This document shows, piece by piece, positions 13,322-27,317 of a stretch of 64,000 bases of DNA (within the stretch, counting starts at the first letter, position 1; each line of letters starts with the position of its first letter). Source of the DNA: Carcharhinus amblyrhynchos (lineage: Eukaryota); assembly GCA_965287045.1 (NCBI GenBank), contig OZ336873.1, forward strand, positions 39,494,001-39,558,000, read 5' to 3'. The translations under genes and the position numbers were made by a program. The notes below the pieces were generated by a model. It was not told the DNA's origin. It did no database searches and saw only the letters and a list, made by a program, of their open reading frames with translations.

Positions 13322-13669
13322 AGATCATAAAATCTACAGTGCAGAAAGAGGCCCTTCGGCCCATCAAGTCTGCACCGACCACAATCCCATCCAGGCCCTA
13401 CCCCCAAATCCCTACATATTTTACCGCTAATCCCTCTAATCCACGCATCTCAGGACACTAAGGGGCAATTTTAGCATGGCCAATCAACCTAACCGCACAT
13501 CTTTGGACTGTGGGAGGAAACCGGAGCACCCGGAGGAAACTCACGCAGACATGAGGAGAATGTGCAAACTCCACACAGACAGTGGCCCGAGCCAGGAATC
13601 GAACCCAGGTCCCTGGAGCTGTGAAGCAGCAGTGCTAACCACTGTGTTAGTGTGCCGCCCATGGCACCA
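13322..13669 (-). mobile_element. V-SINE (HE1-like)
   Basis: Reverse-complement copy (ggactgtgggaggaaaccggagcacccggagg...). Confidence 0.88.
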
Positions 13670-13799
13670 TGCTCCATTTTAAGGGCACCATGTAAATGCA
13701 AGTTATTTTTCCTTGAATATTATACATTTTGAATCATGCCACCTACTCTGAAATTAAGATCTTGAAAAAAATAGTATTGAATAAAATGATGGCATGAAT

Positions 13800-14735
13800 T
13801 CTTTGTTTTATATATAAATGATATAGATGAAAATGTGCGAGGAATGTTAAGCAAATTTGCAGATGAAACCAAGATTGGCAGGTAGTTAAGAGTGAAGTGG
13901 ATGATTGTAGGTTACAGGGAGATGTAGATGGGTTGTCAGATGGGCAAAGCAGTGGCATATGGTATTTAATTCTGATAAATGTGAGGTAATGCACTTTGGA
14001 AGAAGAAACAAGTTGAGGGAGTATTTAATGAATGGCAGGACACTGGGTAGCTCAGAGAAACAGAGGGATCTTGGAATAATTATTTGCAGGTCCCTGAAGG
14101 CGGCAGAGCATGTGCATAGGATAGCTAAGAAGGCATATGGGACAGTGCTTTCATCAGTTGTGGTATAGAGTATAAAAGCAAGGAGGTAATGTTGGAGTTG
14201 CATAGAGTGTTGATTAGGTCACAGCTGGAGTACTGTGTACAGTACTCACTACAGGAAGGATGTGATAGGACTAAAGGGGATACAGAGGAGGTTCACCAGC
14301 ATGTTGCCTAGGATGAACATTTGAGCAATAAAGAGAGACTGGATAAGCTTGGATTGTTTTCTTTAGAGCAGAGAAGGCTAAAGGGCGACATGACTGAGGT
14401 ATATAAGATTATGAGGGGTATGGCCAGCGTGAGCAGGGAGCAGCTGTTCACCTTGGTTGAGAGTAAAGTATAAGAGGGTGTAGTTTTAGGGGATTTGAGA
14501 AGAATCTGTTTCACACAGAGGGTGGTGGGAATCTGGAATACACCGCCCAGGAAGGTAGTTGAGGCTGGAAACCTTACAATCTTATTAAAAAATATTTGGA
14601 TGAGCACTTGAAATATCATAACATTCAAGGATATAGGACAAGTGCAGGAAAATGGGATTAGCTCGCTTTTACTGGTAGTTATTGTCAGTGCAAACTCGAT
14701 GGACCGAAGGGCCTTTTCTGTATTGTATGACTCTA
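13800..14735 (+). mobile_element. Decayed CR1 LINE 3' part (RT C-terminus and 3' UTR)
   Basis: SKFAD(E)TK, FNSDKCEVMHFGR, QRDLG, LEYCVQ, QRRFT, FTQRVV; stops and frameshifts. Confidence 0.9.
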
Positions 14736-17700
14736 CGAGCAACACTACTGCAACAATTTGCATTTACGTGGTATCCTTCAGGTAGTAAAACATCTCCGGG
14801 TGCTCCACACGAATGTTATCAAACAGAATTTGAAATTGAGCCACGGAGGGAGGTATTAGGTCAGCTGACTTCATCAGCTGGCTTTGAAGGAGTGTCTTGG
14901 AAAGAAGAATGATATCATACCACTCTGTAAAGGAAAGGCTGATCGAGATCCAACTTACTTCTTCATATTGTTGAACTCCCTTGCAAAACAAAATCTTAAA
15001 ATAAATTTTGAAAGAGTAGCTGAGGAAAGTTCCAAAGACTATCCCATTTGTGATTGAACGATATGGAAACAAAATATTTCTTTATTAACAAACTATGTAA
15101 TAACTAAAATATTGGAAAAACTCAGATGATCTTTCCTATGACCACAACATTCACATGAAACAAAATTGAAAGTAAAATTGGGTATTCAAAAACAAACCCC
15201 TGATTTTGGCAACAGACATTTCCAATTTTTTTTTGAGAAGTTCAGGGCACGCTGGATGGTTAAAGAATGACTAATTTAATTCCCCAGAGCTAACAAACAT
15301 TAATGAAACTTAAAAACTAAGCTCACAAACAGCACAAAAAATTTTGTAAATGAAAATTCTTGCCAAGACTCTCTTCCCCAGTAGGACACTGAACTGCAAG
15401 TAACAATATATGTTGAAGCTGTGAAATTAGTTCAGAAACATTGGGTTGAATCTTCCCAGCCTTGTGGAGATGGGTACCAAGAAACTGGTAGTGAGCTACA
15501 TCTGTACAGCTAGCTCCTCAATGCATAACCGCCTTCAGAGGAACTTTCCACAGGCACCTGGGGAAGAAAATTGGAAGCCCACTCTGATGAGGTGGACAGT
15601 CAATTTCACCACTTAAGAACCCCATAGGCATAATTTTCTGACAGAACTGGGATCTTCCTCCTGTCAGAGCAGCCCTCCAAGTATAAGGTGCCACCAGCTC
15701 CCTAGCGGCAGCTGCTGATAGTAGGAGATTATCAACATCTATTTTAAATTCCCTCTCCAGGTGCCACAGGGACCACTGGTCATCCCAGCCATCCAGGGAG
15801 AAGCTATCTTATCCTAGTTATGGCCTGGCAGCTGTCACCACACATTTTTAACAATTTTAGAAATCATTATAGGATACCTCCAGCTGGAGGTGCCCTATCG
15901 ATTTACCACCTAGATCAGTTACATCCACCTTTGCTGTTGGGACTGCCAGCTGTCCTGCCGTGGGTGTTCCAATTGTCCCTTGTCCCTGCACAACACAGGC
16001 TATTCCTAATTGGACCAGGCTCCCGGGAACAACCGGTTAATGGCAGCCTCCAGGAGGATTGTGAGATGAATGGGCCTAGGGACACTTTTGGTATTGGGAG
16101 CCACATACGGTCCTGGTTGGGGCCTTGATGTTTTAGCAGTTCATTAATTTGGAATGAGCCACTTTGAGCTTTACTTGGGGACTGAAGAATTTTTTTTTAC
16201 ATTTTGCATAAACATGGCTGGGGTGAGACAATGAAGTTCAATTTTTCAAGGTTTAAAATTTTACTAGCAAGATATTTTGAAAAAAAGTGCTGCAAAGAGT
16301 TAATATTTGAGGTTTTTTTTTAAAGATATGGTTCCACTGTCGCAAAGATTGTTTCCATCTGCTGTGACAGAATACTAAACATGTTTTCTGTATACAATAC
16401 CAGTTATATTAAGTCCATAATGCTCATTAGGTTTATATAAAAACCTCCAAACATCTACTGATAAATAAGTTGTTTTATGCAACTTGGAACAATCATGCAG
16501 AAATTTTGATCTCTGAGTGCCAAAATTATAAAATGAAAAGACTTTCAACTGCTTGTTATTTCCCAGTGGTTTAAATCAGGGCCCAGAAACAGAATAAAAG
16601 AACAAAAACCACATGGTCCATCTCTCTTTCTCTTTGGCAGTGAATTAACTTTTCCCTTTACAATATGAGCTCTACTTTGTTGATTTAAAACATACTAATC
16701 TCCTCTTGTAATATATTTTGGCATTTCACACGAATGAAAAAGGTAATTTTACTCAGACTTACAATGCTCATGTTTTTTATTAAAGAGAATGACTCATTTT
16801 ATTGTAAATTAAACTAATGCTAACAAGCCTCTGCTAACACCATCTGTGCATTATTTGTCAAAAAAATTACATTTGACCAAAAATAAATATTCATATGCAG
16901 CTGTGTATTAAGCATTCCATTTCAGGGTTTGACATAGGGTTATGCATAGGATATAGCATTTGATAACGTATAAACAATGCAATTATAAAATTGTCATATA
17001 TCACAGTAGCTCAAAGAAGATATGCATTCCTTATAGTTCTCTGTCGTATAAGAAAAACATTTAATTCAAACTAGAAAATTCCCTGTTGTATAATATGAGT
17101 TAGATGAACTAGACACATGGATGATTCTGGACATGCATATTTTAAAAGAAGTCCATTGCTTGATTGAAGGATATATAAATTTCTTTCCATTCTGGTGAGG
17201 ATGTGTGATCAAGTTTAGTTATCTATTAGAATTGGAAATTAGTGTTTGCAGTTGGAAGAAAGTTTAGCATAACCTAAATTCTCATGACCACTTAGAGTAG
17301 AATAAGGGGAGGGACAGCACTGAACATCAACTTCCATCATGAAGTACTAAACAGGAAATTCTATTTTTCTTGGAATTTGACTCACAATTTCTATGTTCCA
17401 AAAATAGTTCAGATGTATTCAGCAGACTCTGCAAATTACTTTGTAAACATCTGAACCAAAAGTCACTGAATCATGCCCTTCTTAAAGGAGTACTCCATCC
17501 TGGAACTCTAAAATCTCCAATTCAATAGCGGTTTAACTGATTCATGCACCATTGATTTTGAAGGCCTCTAATAAGGGTAGTCATTTTTCAATTGTATTGA
17601 ACACGTAATGACATAACACCCTTAAATAATTGAAAGTCATATTTTTGATTGAATGTCCCAGTGCAAGTCAAGAATTTATTAGGTATGGCTTTGGAATGAA

Positions 17701-17993
17701 GTATTTTAAAATCTGCATGACCGATTTCATCATGTAAAATTGTGTCTCCGTATTTCCATTCGAAAACTTGATAGTGCTTCAATGATTTGTAATAACATCA
17801 GCAAGAAAGCTGAAAGTTGTAACAAGTGTGAAATAATTGAATTTAACATGTCACAATTTCACAGGCAATAATGTGAAATGCCTTAGCATAATGTAATTAG
17901 CAAGTCGTGTATGCAAGGAATGCTTATAGTACTTTACTAAAGTTTGAAGACTTATTACAAACATATAAGGTTGAAATGGTGTATTTTACTCAC

Positions 17994-18446
17994 CAATCAA
18001 AACTTCTCTGCCAAATATTCTGCCATTCTTTTCAAGGATTTCATACATTCTCAACTGGCATGCTGCAATAGTTTCAAAGTCTGTGCCATATGCGAGTTGT
18101 ACTTCTAGTTTTATTGTGTTTTTCTGTAAATACTGTAGGAAGAAGTCGTCCACTCGGACAACATACTGAGATGTGAAGTCAAATGCTGGCTGCAATCCAT
18201 GTATTACAGGGGTGGACTGGAGTTCATAGTCATAGAAAGCATAGGTACAGAAAGTAGCAGGTTCTTGCTCACCGAAAACCTTAATGGCTTCAGGAGAGAA
18301 GGTCACTTTGCTGATATGGATCTCAAATATGTTTTCTCCACGCTCTAAATGGACAGTTTCATCAAATTCATCAGCTTCATCATCGGTTGTTATTTCTGGT
18401 TTGAATTTGAATTGTTTGGTGCCATAGGCTATGTCTTTGAGTTGGG
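17994..18446 (-). CDS. RPGRIP1L: RPGRIP1L coding exon, 453 bp (first C2 domain)
   Basis: tttcag| ... |gtgagt; [18 protein letters not shown]...[13 protein letters not shown]...[16 protein letters not shown]...ILEKNGRIF (ORF 17986..18507). Confidence 0.97.
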
Positions 18447-20908
18447 CTGAAATAGATGAAAACAGATGCAATTTTTCTATATTTTTCATTAAAGCAACAG
18501 AACACAAGGTTTTCTCTATGCGGAAAACAGATGGTCTGGAATATAAACACCATTGTTATCATTTTTTTAACATGTTCTTCAGTATAGAAGGTTTGAAATA
18601 GCCCTGCAAATTCTTAGAATATGAGCTACTCAGTATGCAGGGATTACAACTTGACATTTATTCTGGGATAAATCAGATGAAACACTGCATAGCAAAGGCC
18701 TTTTTAACACACTGTAGGGACATCTTAATTAAAACTTTCAACAGGAAATTACTAAGATGCTGGTCTGCTAATGATATTGCTTTTAAAAAGGTGGTTAACC
18801 CATAGTAGACCCAAATGTTGTGGGTCTTAAAATGAAAAAGAAAGATGATTTCTTGAGCAAATATGCTGATAAAAAAGGCTCAAGAAACATTGTATAATAC
18901 ATATATGAATGAAAAGCATAAGTACGTAAATGCAACTTGATGTCACAGAGTTATCAGATTTTATTTTCCATTTTGGAGAAGGTAGTCTCTGTTATTTCTA
19001 GCAAAATTGTAAGCAGGTTCTTTATATGTGTAGTTTATAGTTTCATTACAAATATTGTGCAGAAACAATCTTTCCTCAGGGCAAGTTCCTGAACTTGGCT
19101 GCACTGACAGAGGCTGATGCTATGCAGAAACAAAGCATCTTCCTGTAGCAAAAAAAAAGTAATCAGACAACAGATGCTGAGAAACTGTGTGAATAATCTA
19201 CAGCAGGTGGAAGTCCAGGTTATTTATCTATCTCACAGTCAGAGAATAACTAAAAATTGCAAGTTAAAAATAAAATACAAGCGTAATAACATAATAAACC
19301 ACTGCAAAAGAAATAAACTTACTATACCCTCATACGTTATGTTGATTGACTTGTAAAATACCTTCTGAAATGGCCTAGCAAGCAGTTCAAGGGCAATTAG
19401 GAGTGGGCAATAAATGCTAGTGTAGCCAGTGATGCTCACATCCCATGAATGAATATAAAGAAGTTCTGTTTTTCAGTTATTTACATAATGCTCTCATGAA
19501 CATCACCGTGATTCTTTTTGCATCTGGTATTCATACTTTCTTTTAGTACTGGTTTTCATAAGCAGCAAACTTAAATTACAAAGCACTACCAGTTAATTAT
19601 TTTACTTCACAAACTACAAATTTGTACAAAAAATATAGAAATAAAGCTGACATATATGTACAAGATTTTAAAACCTAAGTAAATGGAAAATAAGATCGGA
19701 TATGGTGTAAAACAGGCTGCCCAACTGTATTGAGCCCATGTTGGGCTACCAACATAGATTAATTGTATCCCAATTCATTCTCTTCTTTTTGGCTTTGGAG
19801 CCATGCTGCGTTTCAGGCTCTGATAATTCACCTAGATTTTTCAAATGAAACAACAGGAAGTCCAACAGGGGGAGGCAGGCAGTAAATTAATCTTGAGAGT
19901 ACCGTAACTGTTAATAAACTGTTTATGTTGTGGCATGATGGTTTATATCATCTAAGTTTAAAGCTTTGTTGTTCCCTTGAGAGCATTCATTATATTCAAC
20001 AGGAGACACTCAGCAGTGAAAGTCATAAGGAACTGTAAAGTGTGGTATGATCTTCAACTTTGATATTTATGATACACAATATCTGATACTTAACTATTGT
20101 CTCAAGAGATTTTTTTTATATTTCTATGTGGAATCCCATTACTGCTGCAGAATGAAATTCTGACTATGCGACTGATTTATTCATATTTCGTTTATAAGCA
20201 TTATTTTTGCTTGTAAAAAGATCAGTTTATTTGGCCTGATATTTATAGATGGATGGAGATTTTGAGGCTTCATGTCTGTCAGAAATAGAGTGAAATTGCC
20301 CAGAAAATGGGCTTATTGTTTCACTCCTGCCAATTGCCCCGAGCCCACCTTTGTAAGGCCAGGTGTCTGTTAAAGTTATGCAATTAGCTGTGAATGGTAT
20401 GTTAATTAGATTGTCAAGATATACAGATGAAGGGCATTGTTTAATTAAACACCTAGAGCACTTATAAAGAAGGAAGGCTATGTTTGCATTGAGATGCCCC
20501 TAGAAGAGGATCACGCAGTATCCACTGGTACTCTTGAGACCTTCTGCAATCGTTGGGCACCATGGGGATGGAGTGCTTCATTGGGCACCTAAACATTTTC
20601 ATTTAATTAGTTAAGTTTGCTTTGGAGTTTATTTCTGTTCCAGGTCCCCTTTAAAGGGCTATTACTTTAGTTTGTCCATTTGTTTAACTGTTCAATCAGA
20701 AAAGTAGAAAGAAGGAAGGCCCCTTTGAAGGGCTGTCAACTAGTTAATCAGTTTTTTAAAGAACATATAAAGACGGACGGCTGGGGCACTTGGAATTAAG
20801 TAAAAGGCAGATATATGAAATGATGCAATTTGCAAATAAACTGATCAGCAAGACAAAAATTTGCCTCTAGTTTCACACTTCCCCACCTGGCTTGGGATTC
20901 AATTAAAA

Positions 20909-20926
20909 TTTTAGCAGAAGATGGTT
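20909..20926 (+). other. Primer-binding site complementary to the initiator tRNA-Met 3' end
   Basis: ttttagcagaagatggtt vs TGGTAGCAGAGGATGGTT, 15/18 identity, immediately upstream of the gag remnant. Confidence 0.75.
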
Positions 20927-20981
20927 ACTTAAAGGTGAAGAAAGCAAGTGTAAATTGTCAGGGTATGATTTCCCATTGATG

Positions 20982-21108
20982 GGGTGGGATTTTATGGCCT
21001 CTGTCATCCCGAAACCGCAAAATCTTGCCAAAGGACAATGGACATTTCCATGATCCACCGTTCACCTGCTCTGATTCCCATGGCAGGTGAGCCAGTAAAA
21101 TTCTGACC
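20982..21108. mobile_element. MITE with ATG 3-bp TSD inserted in Copia gag
   Basis: GGGTGGGATTTTA...TAAAATTCTGACC; ATG at 20979-20981 and 21109-21111; removing it restores GYDFPLMTSEAEPY. Confidence 0.8.
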
Positions 21109-21974
21109 ATGACCTCTGAAGCTGAACCTTATGACCAACGGATAAACAAAATGGATGTGTGAACATGGATTACATCCTTACCAAAGAGAAAGCAAGACAC
21201 GGCCTTGGCACTGGCCCTTCAAAATAAAAGTAAGTCAAATGCAAAGCATTTTGTAAGGTAGAGGCCAACCAGTTGGATACTGAGGAAAGTTTGGAGCTTC
21301 TATTAAGATCTATGAATAAAATTTACAAGAAAATTTGTCCATTAAAAGCCTAAGAGGTATGGTCAAACTTAGTAGATTTTGAAAGATGAATGGTTATTCC
21401 ATAGAGGAATGGACTATACAAAATATTGTAGAAACTCAGTTTAGAAATTCCTTACTCAGTGCACGCTTTCAAATTGTTGGATTGTGTTAAAAGTGTTACA
21501 AATAGACGGGCTCCTGGTCTTAATTGGAGTTAAATTCTCAGAAAAGAGTCACATTTTTGGATTAGATGTTAGATGCTTTTAAAAAAATCCTGGGAAAGCA
21601 GTCATTTCCATTAGCCTTCGTGGCACAAATGGGACATTCTACAGTGTTTCAGGAGATGGAGGACTCGATGATCTCAGTCTTTTGATTTTGTTCAGATATG
21701 GAGCATAAAGGTCAGGACTACAGAAGAATTACAGAAAAAATAAATGAAGATGAAGGCATTTTCAGCAGATGATAGGATTGACATACTAATAAACAAATGA
21801 ACCCCAGGAATGCCCAGGGAACTGCTAACAGATGTTTCAGATGTAACTCAAAATATCATTTTGCGGTAAATAACCCAAAGTGGAACTAGGTTTTCAAAGT
21901 GACGCACGTTCAGAAAGTTTTGAAGTTGAAGATGAGATTAATCAGTCTGAGCAAATTGTCTAGTCATCAGTTTA

Positions 21975-22265
21975 TTAACATACAAACATATGAATTAGGA
22001 GCAGAAGTAGGCCACTTGAGCGTGCTCCTCCATACAACAGAATCATGGACGATCTGATAACGATCTCAACCCCACATTCCTGCCTATCCCCGATAATATT
22101 TTATCCTCTTGTTAATCAAGAATCTGTCCAGTTCCACCTTAAAAATATTCAAAGATACTGCTTCCACTGCCTTTTGAGGAAGAGAGTTCCAGAGACTCTC
22201 AAGCCTCAGAGAAAAAATTCTCCTAATCTCCGTCTTAAATGAATGATGCCCCAGTTTTTAAACAT
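21975..22265 (-). mobile_element. CR1 LINE 3' fragment nested in the Copia element
   Basis: Reverse-complement CR1 3' UTR (ggagcagaagtaggcc) and C-terminal remnant. Confidence 0.75.
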
Positions 22266-24866
22266 TGACTGATTGCAAATTCATTTAAATGCACTGTGTT
22301 GGACAATAGTTGCAAATTGATGGTATGTTGAACAGATGGGTTAAACGTTTTTAAGATTCACGCAGTAGTAAGGATTGACATAAGGTTAGGGATTATGAAA
22401 GTTCTGCTTGTTTCTGGTTTGGGGATGACAACACATTGAGGTCATTGAAAAGAATGGTGATTCCATGCAGAGTAGCTGGAGTAAGCCACTTTATTTGTAG
22501 ATACCATTGCTGCTAGCTAGTCTTCCATGAAAAAGATCTAAATTAAACTGGACAATGATAAAACAATTGTCTTTGGGTGGATTGCAAATTTATTGACTTT
22601 CCAATCAGGATATTTTTGCATCCCTCTACCAAAACTCAACATCTCTAATCAGAGCATTGAGGAAGGGTGGTGGCATCAGATGATGGGAGAAAAAAAGCAA
22701 ACTGTCTCAAAGATACATCAACATTTTCACATCCCTCTTGTCGCAGATTAATACTCCTTTTGAAGGACTCAATCGTAATTAATGAATACACAAAGTTCTT
22801 TGAAGAGATGTGAAAACTGTGATATCAGCAAAAAGTATTGGAAAACACTATCAAGATCTCTTGTAATTCTCCCATTTGCAGAAGACTTTTATCAAGTAGG
22901 AGCAATGGATTTAAAAGTGTGGTTCAAGGACAGGAACAGTCTCACCTTGCATTATATATATGTACATGGCAATCAGATTCGGTCTTTTTATTGCAATACA
23001 TGGTAAAGACAAAAGAAGTGATTGTAGGTTAAATCATGGAAAAATGGATGGGGCTTTGACTGGAGGCACTAACTTAATTCTTGACTGACAATGGGGGAAA
23101 TGTGCCAATAATAAGTTTGAAGATATGCAAAAATATGAAAGCTGTTGAAAGGGCTTTCAACTGTAAACTTCATAACCACAATGGATTCTATGAAAGAAAT
23201 CACACAGTGATATTTGAAATGCTTCATAGCATCTTAGCCAACCAAGCAACCTGGTGGCTAACACCTGCCTTGGCATGGGCAGTCTATGCATAGAATTCAC
23301 TTCAAATGGCTGAGGTCTGCATCAATTGGTCTATGAGAGGAATTTTGAAATCACTTCTGTGTTGTGTGATAGCTCTCCAGCCCAAACAGAAACCACACTT
23401 AGCTCCAATTTTTCTGAGCACATGAAAGGCCAGATAGAAGGAGAAGGTCATTAATCAAGGCAGAAGTTTCAGAGAAAATTCAGCAAGCTTTACGGCTTTG
23501 CATAAGATTGTCCATGATAAATTTAATCATGGGATTTCATACAATATATTAGAAAGTCAGAAGGAGTTAAAAGGTTTGGATAAGATGATCGGACATTTGG
23601 GGAAGACATGGTTCAAGATTTGGTTCTTCGACATGGTAGTCAAACCATTAAAGTCCACTTATCTCATTTAATTATGATTGATTATATACTTTCAGAATCT
23701 GAGCAATCAGTAGAAGGCAACAAAGAACCCTGTACTAGACATACTCACATGCTTGACAGTTATGAGGTACAGAAAAAGTAGATAAGGGGCCAGGTGATGA
23801 CAAAGTGAAACTGACAAAAAGTAAAAGTTTATCTTACCCAAAGGACTGCTGCCTAACGTCAATGCTTACATTCAGAATGAATGGAGGGACATGCCATTTA
23901 CAGAGAAAGGAGGGAAAATAATGGGAACTTCAAGCATTTGGTAATCGTCCAAGTTGATGGACAGGAGGTAAGAATTATGAACTGGCAAAATGAGATGAAA
24001 CAGTGGAAAGCAAGAAAAAGCAATGTGAGTCTATATTATGTATTTGGGAGTGACTCTGGCACTAGGAAACAATCACATACTGGTGACAACTTGACAGATC
24101 TTGGGAGGGAGAGAACCAGTAGTTCAGAAAGACATAGGCAGGCAAATTAAAATCTTTGCTTAACTAGACCAAGAGATGGAACAATCTCGGGACACTATTA
24201 GAATGGAAGCCTTTCTGATCAGTAAGTTTTAATGGCTGCAAACAAGTTAGAATATCAGTTAATATGGAAGGCAACACCAAAAGAATTGGGATAGTTGGAA
24301 GGAATTTGGCATTTACTCTGAAATGCAAGATAGGGGACTGCCAGACTTATCACACAGATGGATATCTATTGAAAAATTACTCCCAGATTGTACATATAAG
24401 GCTGAAGCAAGACTAATGTGCCTGGGTTTTGAAGAGAGCCTTGAAGATCAAGATGTTACAGTAGACTCCCGCATGGCAGGAAAAGTAATCTGGAAAATTT
24501 CTTTGCTCTGTTTCATGGGAATTGAGTCAGTCGATATAAAAACCATAGTTTTTGCAGATTGAAACGTTTTGAAACCACCTAAACAAGCGAGTGTTTAGAA
24601 GGGAATCTGTGAAATTAAACAAATGCATTTATGGATTGAATGAGAGTATGGATTTCTTGAATAGGTCTGCTGTACTGGAAGTAAATGTACTCAGCTGAAA
24701 ACAGATCCAGCAATGTTCTACTGGTATCACAAAAAGAATCTCTCAATCATCTTTTAAGATGTATGTCGATAATTTTCTATGGGAGGTTCTGGGAAATTAA
24801 AATCATTTGTTATAAGAAGAGAATTTAAGATTGGAAGTCAGGCTTTTGAAGGCCTTTAAACAAATG

Positions 24867-26537
24867 GGCCTAGATTTTCACCGAGTTAGGGTGATTCAGG
24901 AGTCCTTTAAAAATTATTAGCAGATGATGTTTCTGGGATCCCTGACCCTATTCCTGGGCTGTCTAATTTTCAGGAGTGTCTTTAAAGGGTCTGGGCTCTT
25001 TCCTGTCAAAAGCACGTATTCAGCACTCATGGCAAGGTTGGTTTCTTTGGAGGATAGGCATGTCCTACTCGACCACAATAATCCTGAAATTAGGCCATGT
25101 TTTTAAAGAAGTGTGGTTCTCGTCTCCAAACGGGAGTCACAAGTCCAGTGTGCACACGGGGATCTTTTAAAAGGGAAATTCAAGAGGTCTCCCTCATGGA
25201 TCCTGTGCCAAGTTACAACTCTCACCCACCTCCTCAGATTCCTCAATGTCCCCTATGCCAAGCTCTGGGAATTCCATGCTCATTGACTTCTAGAATTAAT
25301 AAACATGATAAGAACATTAATGATGTGGTTGGTCCCTTTGAAGTTTCAAAAGACACAAATGTTTGAAACTTTTAAATTTACGTCAACAAATAGTGTGAAA
25401 TTGACAGCAGAGATCAGAAAGCCTGATCTGTCAATCAATGTTTCTTTTTGGGTAGGTATTCTCACATTATACTAGCGTCTGGGCTCTATGCAGGTCTCAT
25501 TATATATTCTTAGCTGACAGCCCAGGAACTATTAAAATACGAGAGCAAATATTGGGGTGACAAGATGGCACAGTGGTTAGTACTGCTACCTCACAGCACC
25601 AGGGACGCGGATTCAATTCCCACCTTGGGTCATTGTCTGTGTGGAGTTTGCACATTCTCCTTGTGTCTGTGTGGATTTCCTCTGGATGCTCCAGTTTCTT
25701 CCCATTGTCCAAAGATGTGCGAGTTAGGTGGATTGGCCATGCTAAGTTACCTTTTAGAGTCAGGGGGACTAGCTAGAGTAAATGAATGGGGTTATGGGGA
25801 TAAGGCCTGGGTGGGATTTCGGTCGATGCAGATTTGATGGGCTGAATGAGCTCCTTCAGTACTGTAGGGATTCAATGATTTTACCCAAAGGGAAGCATTA
25901 TTTGATTGACAGGTCATAGATTGTGATTTCTGCTGTCAATTTCACGATGTTTGCTGACATAAGTTAATTAGTTTCCAGGGTTTGTGATTTTTGAAACTTC
26001 AAAGGGCCTGGATAGTTGATACTTTCATTAATTTAGTTCAAACCTTTTTTCCCCCCAAATATATGAGAAATTTGTCAATGGATTACATTTTTCACAATTA
26101 TTTATTTATATATAGCACTATAGATTTTAGTGTTCATTAATTCTAAAGTGTACAGTGACTCAATGGGCATGAAAATGCCAGAGATTGGCACAGAAGGCAT
26201 GAGGGGCCTAAGATGTGGGTGACAGGGCACAGCATAACCTGGGGCCATGGTGGTAGAGAGGCTGGGTAGAGAGCATGAGGTGGCAGAGATGGGACATGGG
26301 GAGTGTTGGGGGGAGGGAAGGGCGAGAGCTGGAAAGCCCATATACTTCTACCTCTGCATACTGAGGAGGCCTTTTAAATCGTATACCTCAAACCCAGCAG
26401 CTGCCACAATTTCAGCCAGCACCCAGCCCTCAGCATTGAAGATTTTGCCTTTGTGGGCATTCATCCCTGCAGCTGGCAGACTGAATTAAGAATTTTTCCA
26501 ACTTCCCCTATCTGTCTCGACAATAAAAATCCAGGCC
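24867..26537. mobile_element. Foldback non-autonomous TIR element (Harbinger-like) inserted in Copia RT
   Basis: TIR GGCCTAGATTTT / AAAATCCAGGCC (11/12); TSD ATG/ATA; long internal inverted arms 25230-25455 vs 25880-26210. Confidence 0.8.
25555..25880 (+). mobile_element. V-SINE (HE1-like) in the loop of the foldback element
   Basis: Full head, V core and CR1-like tail. Confidence 0.88.
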
Positions 26538-27317
26538 ATAGGCTGAGACATTAATAACATTAAATCAGGAATCATCTTGAATAAACAATCAGATGTAGAA
26601 AGCAATATGTGTTTCCTGATAAATTAAGCCACAGGAATATGAAGTTGCACCCAAAGAAAAAAACTTGATTGGACAGGTAGATTGGCTATGTATTCAGACC
26701 AATACCTGATGCCAATTATGATGTGTTGGAACTTAGTACTATAGTGAAACTTATTACAATTGTGAGGGCAAATAACATGAGAAACAAGATCAATCTGGAG
26801 AATGCACACTCAAGTTTCCAGTCCTGGGTGAGCTGAGAGACAGGAAATTAGTCATTTTTAGTGATGCTTCCCATGGCAATCTTCCACATGGATACTGTTG
26901 GGTTTATAACACACTTGGTCTGTGAAAATGGAAAATGTTGTCCTTGGTCTGGGAAGCAATGAAATTAAAAGGGGTGGTTACAAGTGGCAGAAAAACTGGC
27001 TCTAGTAGATGCAATAATTATCAGATTTTACTTAGCAAACAATTTGAGGGAAATATGACACAAGCAGCATTCTGAAAAAATGTGGGCATTGAATGTATGG
27101 CAGATAATTGTTGTTCATAAGGTAGTGCATGTTTGGTAAAAAGTGTGACTGAGAAAAGATTGATTGTGCTAGTATAAAAATGTTAGAGAGAGAAACTAGA
27201 TCTGTCTGATAATATGGGTGCATGCAAGTCACCAATTATCAGACTGCTTAAAAAAAAACGAATGATTGATTGGGAAATTGTTGGAGGACCTGGAAGAGGG
27301 ATGTCTTGTTTACTTTC

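Larger units (their letters stand above)
20368..27310 (+). mobile_element. Decayed Ty1/Copia LTR retrotransposon (GalEa-like) with nested insertions
   Basis: tRNA-iMet PBS 20909-20926; gag (~20960-21900, CCHC-like remnant near 21830); protease SFKCTVLD(NS)C ~22280; integrase (HP ~22730, CENC, AMDLKVW, LTDNGG, NGFYERNH) 22700-23400; RT (HRW, ARLMCLGFEE, VDIKT, LNKCIYGLN, DPAMFYW, MYVDNF) 24300-24860; RNase H (IFSDASHGNL, KSVTEKRL, QLSDCL) 26840-27250. Confidence 0.85.
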
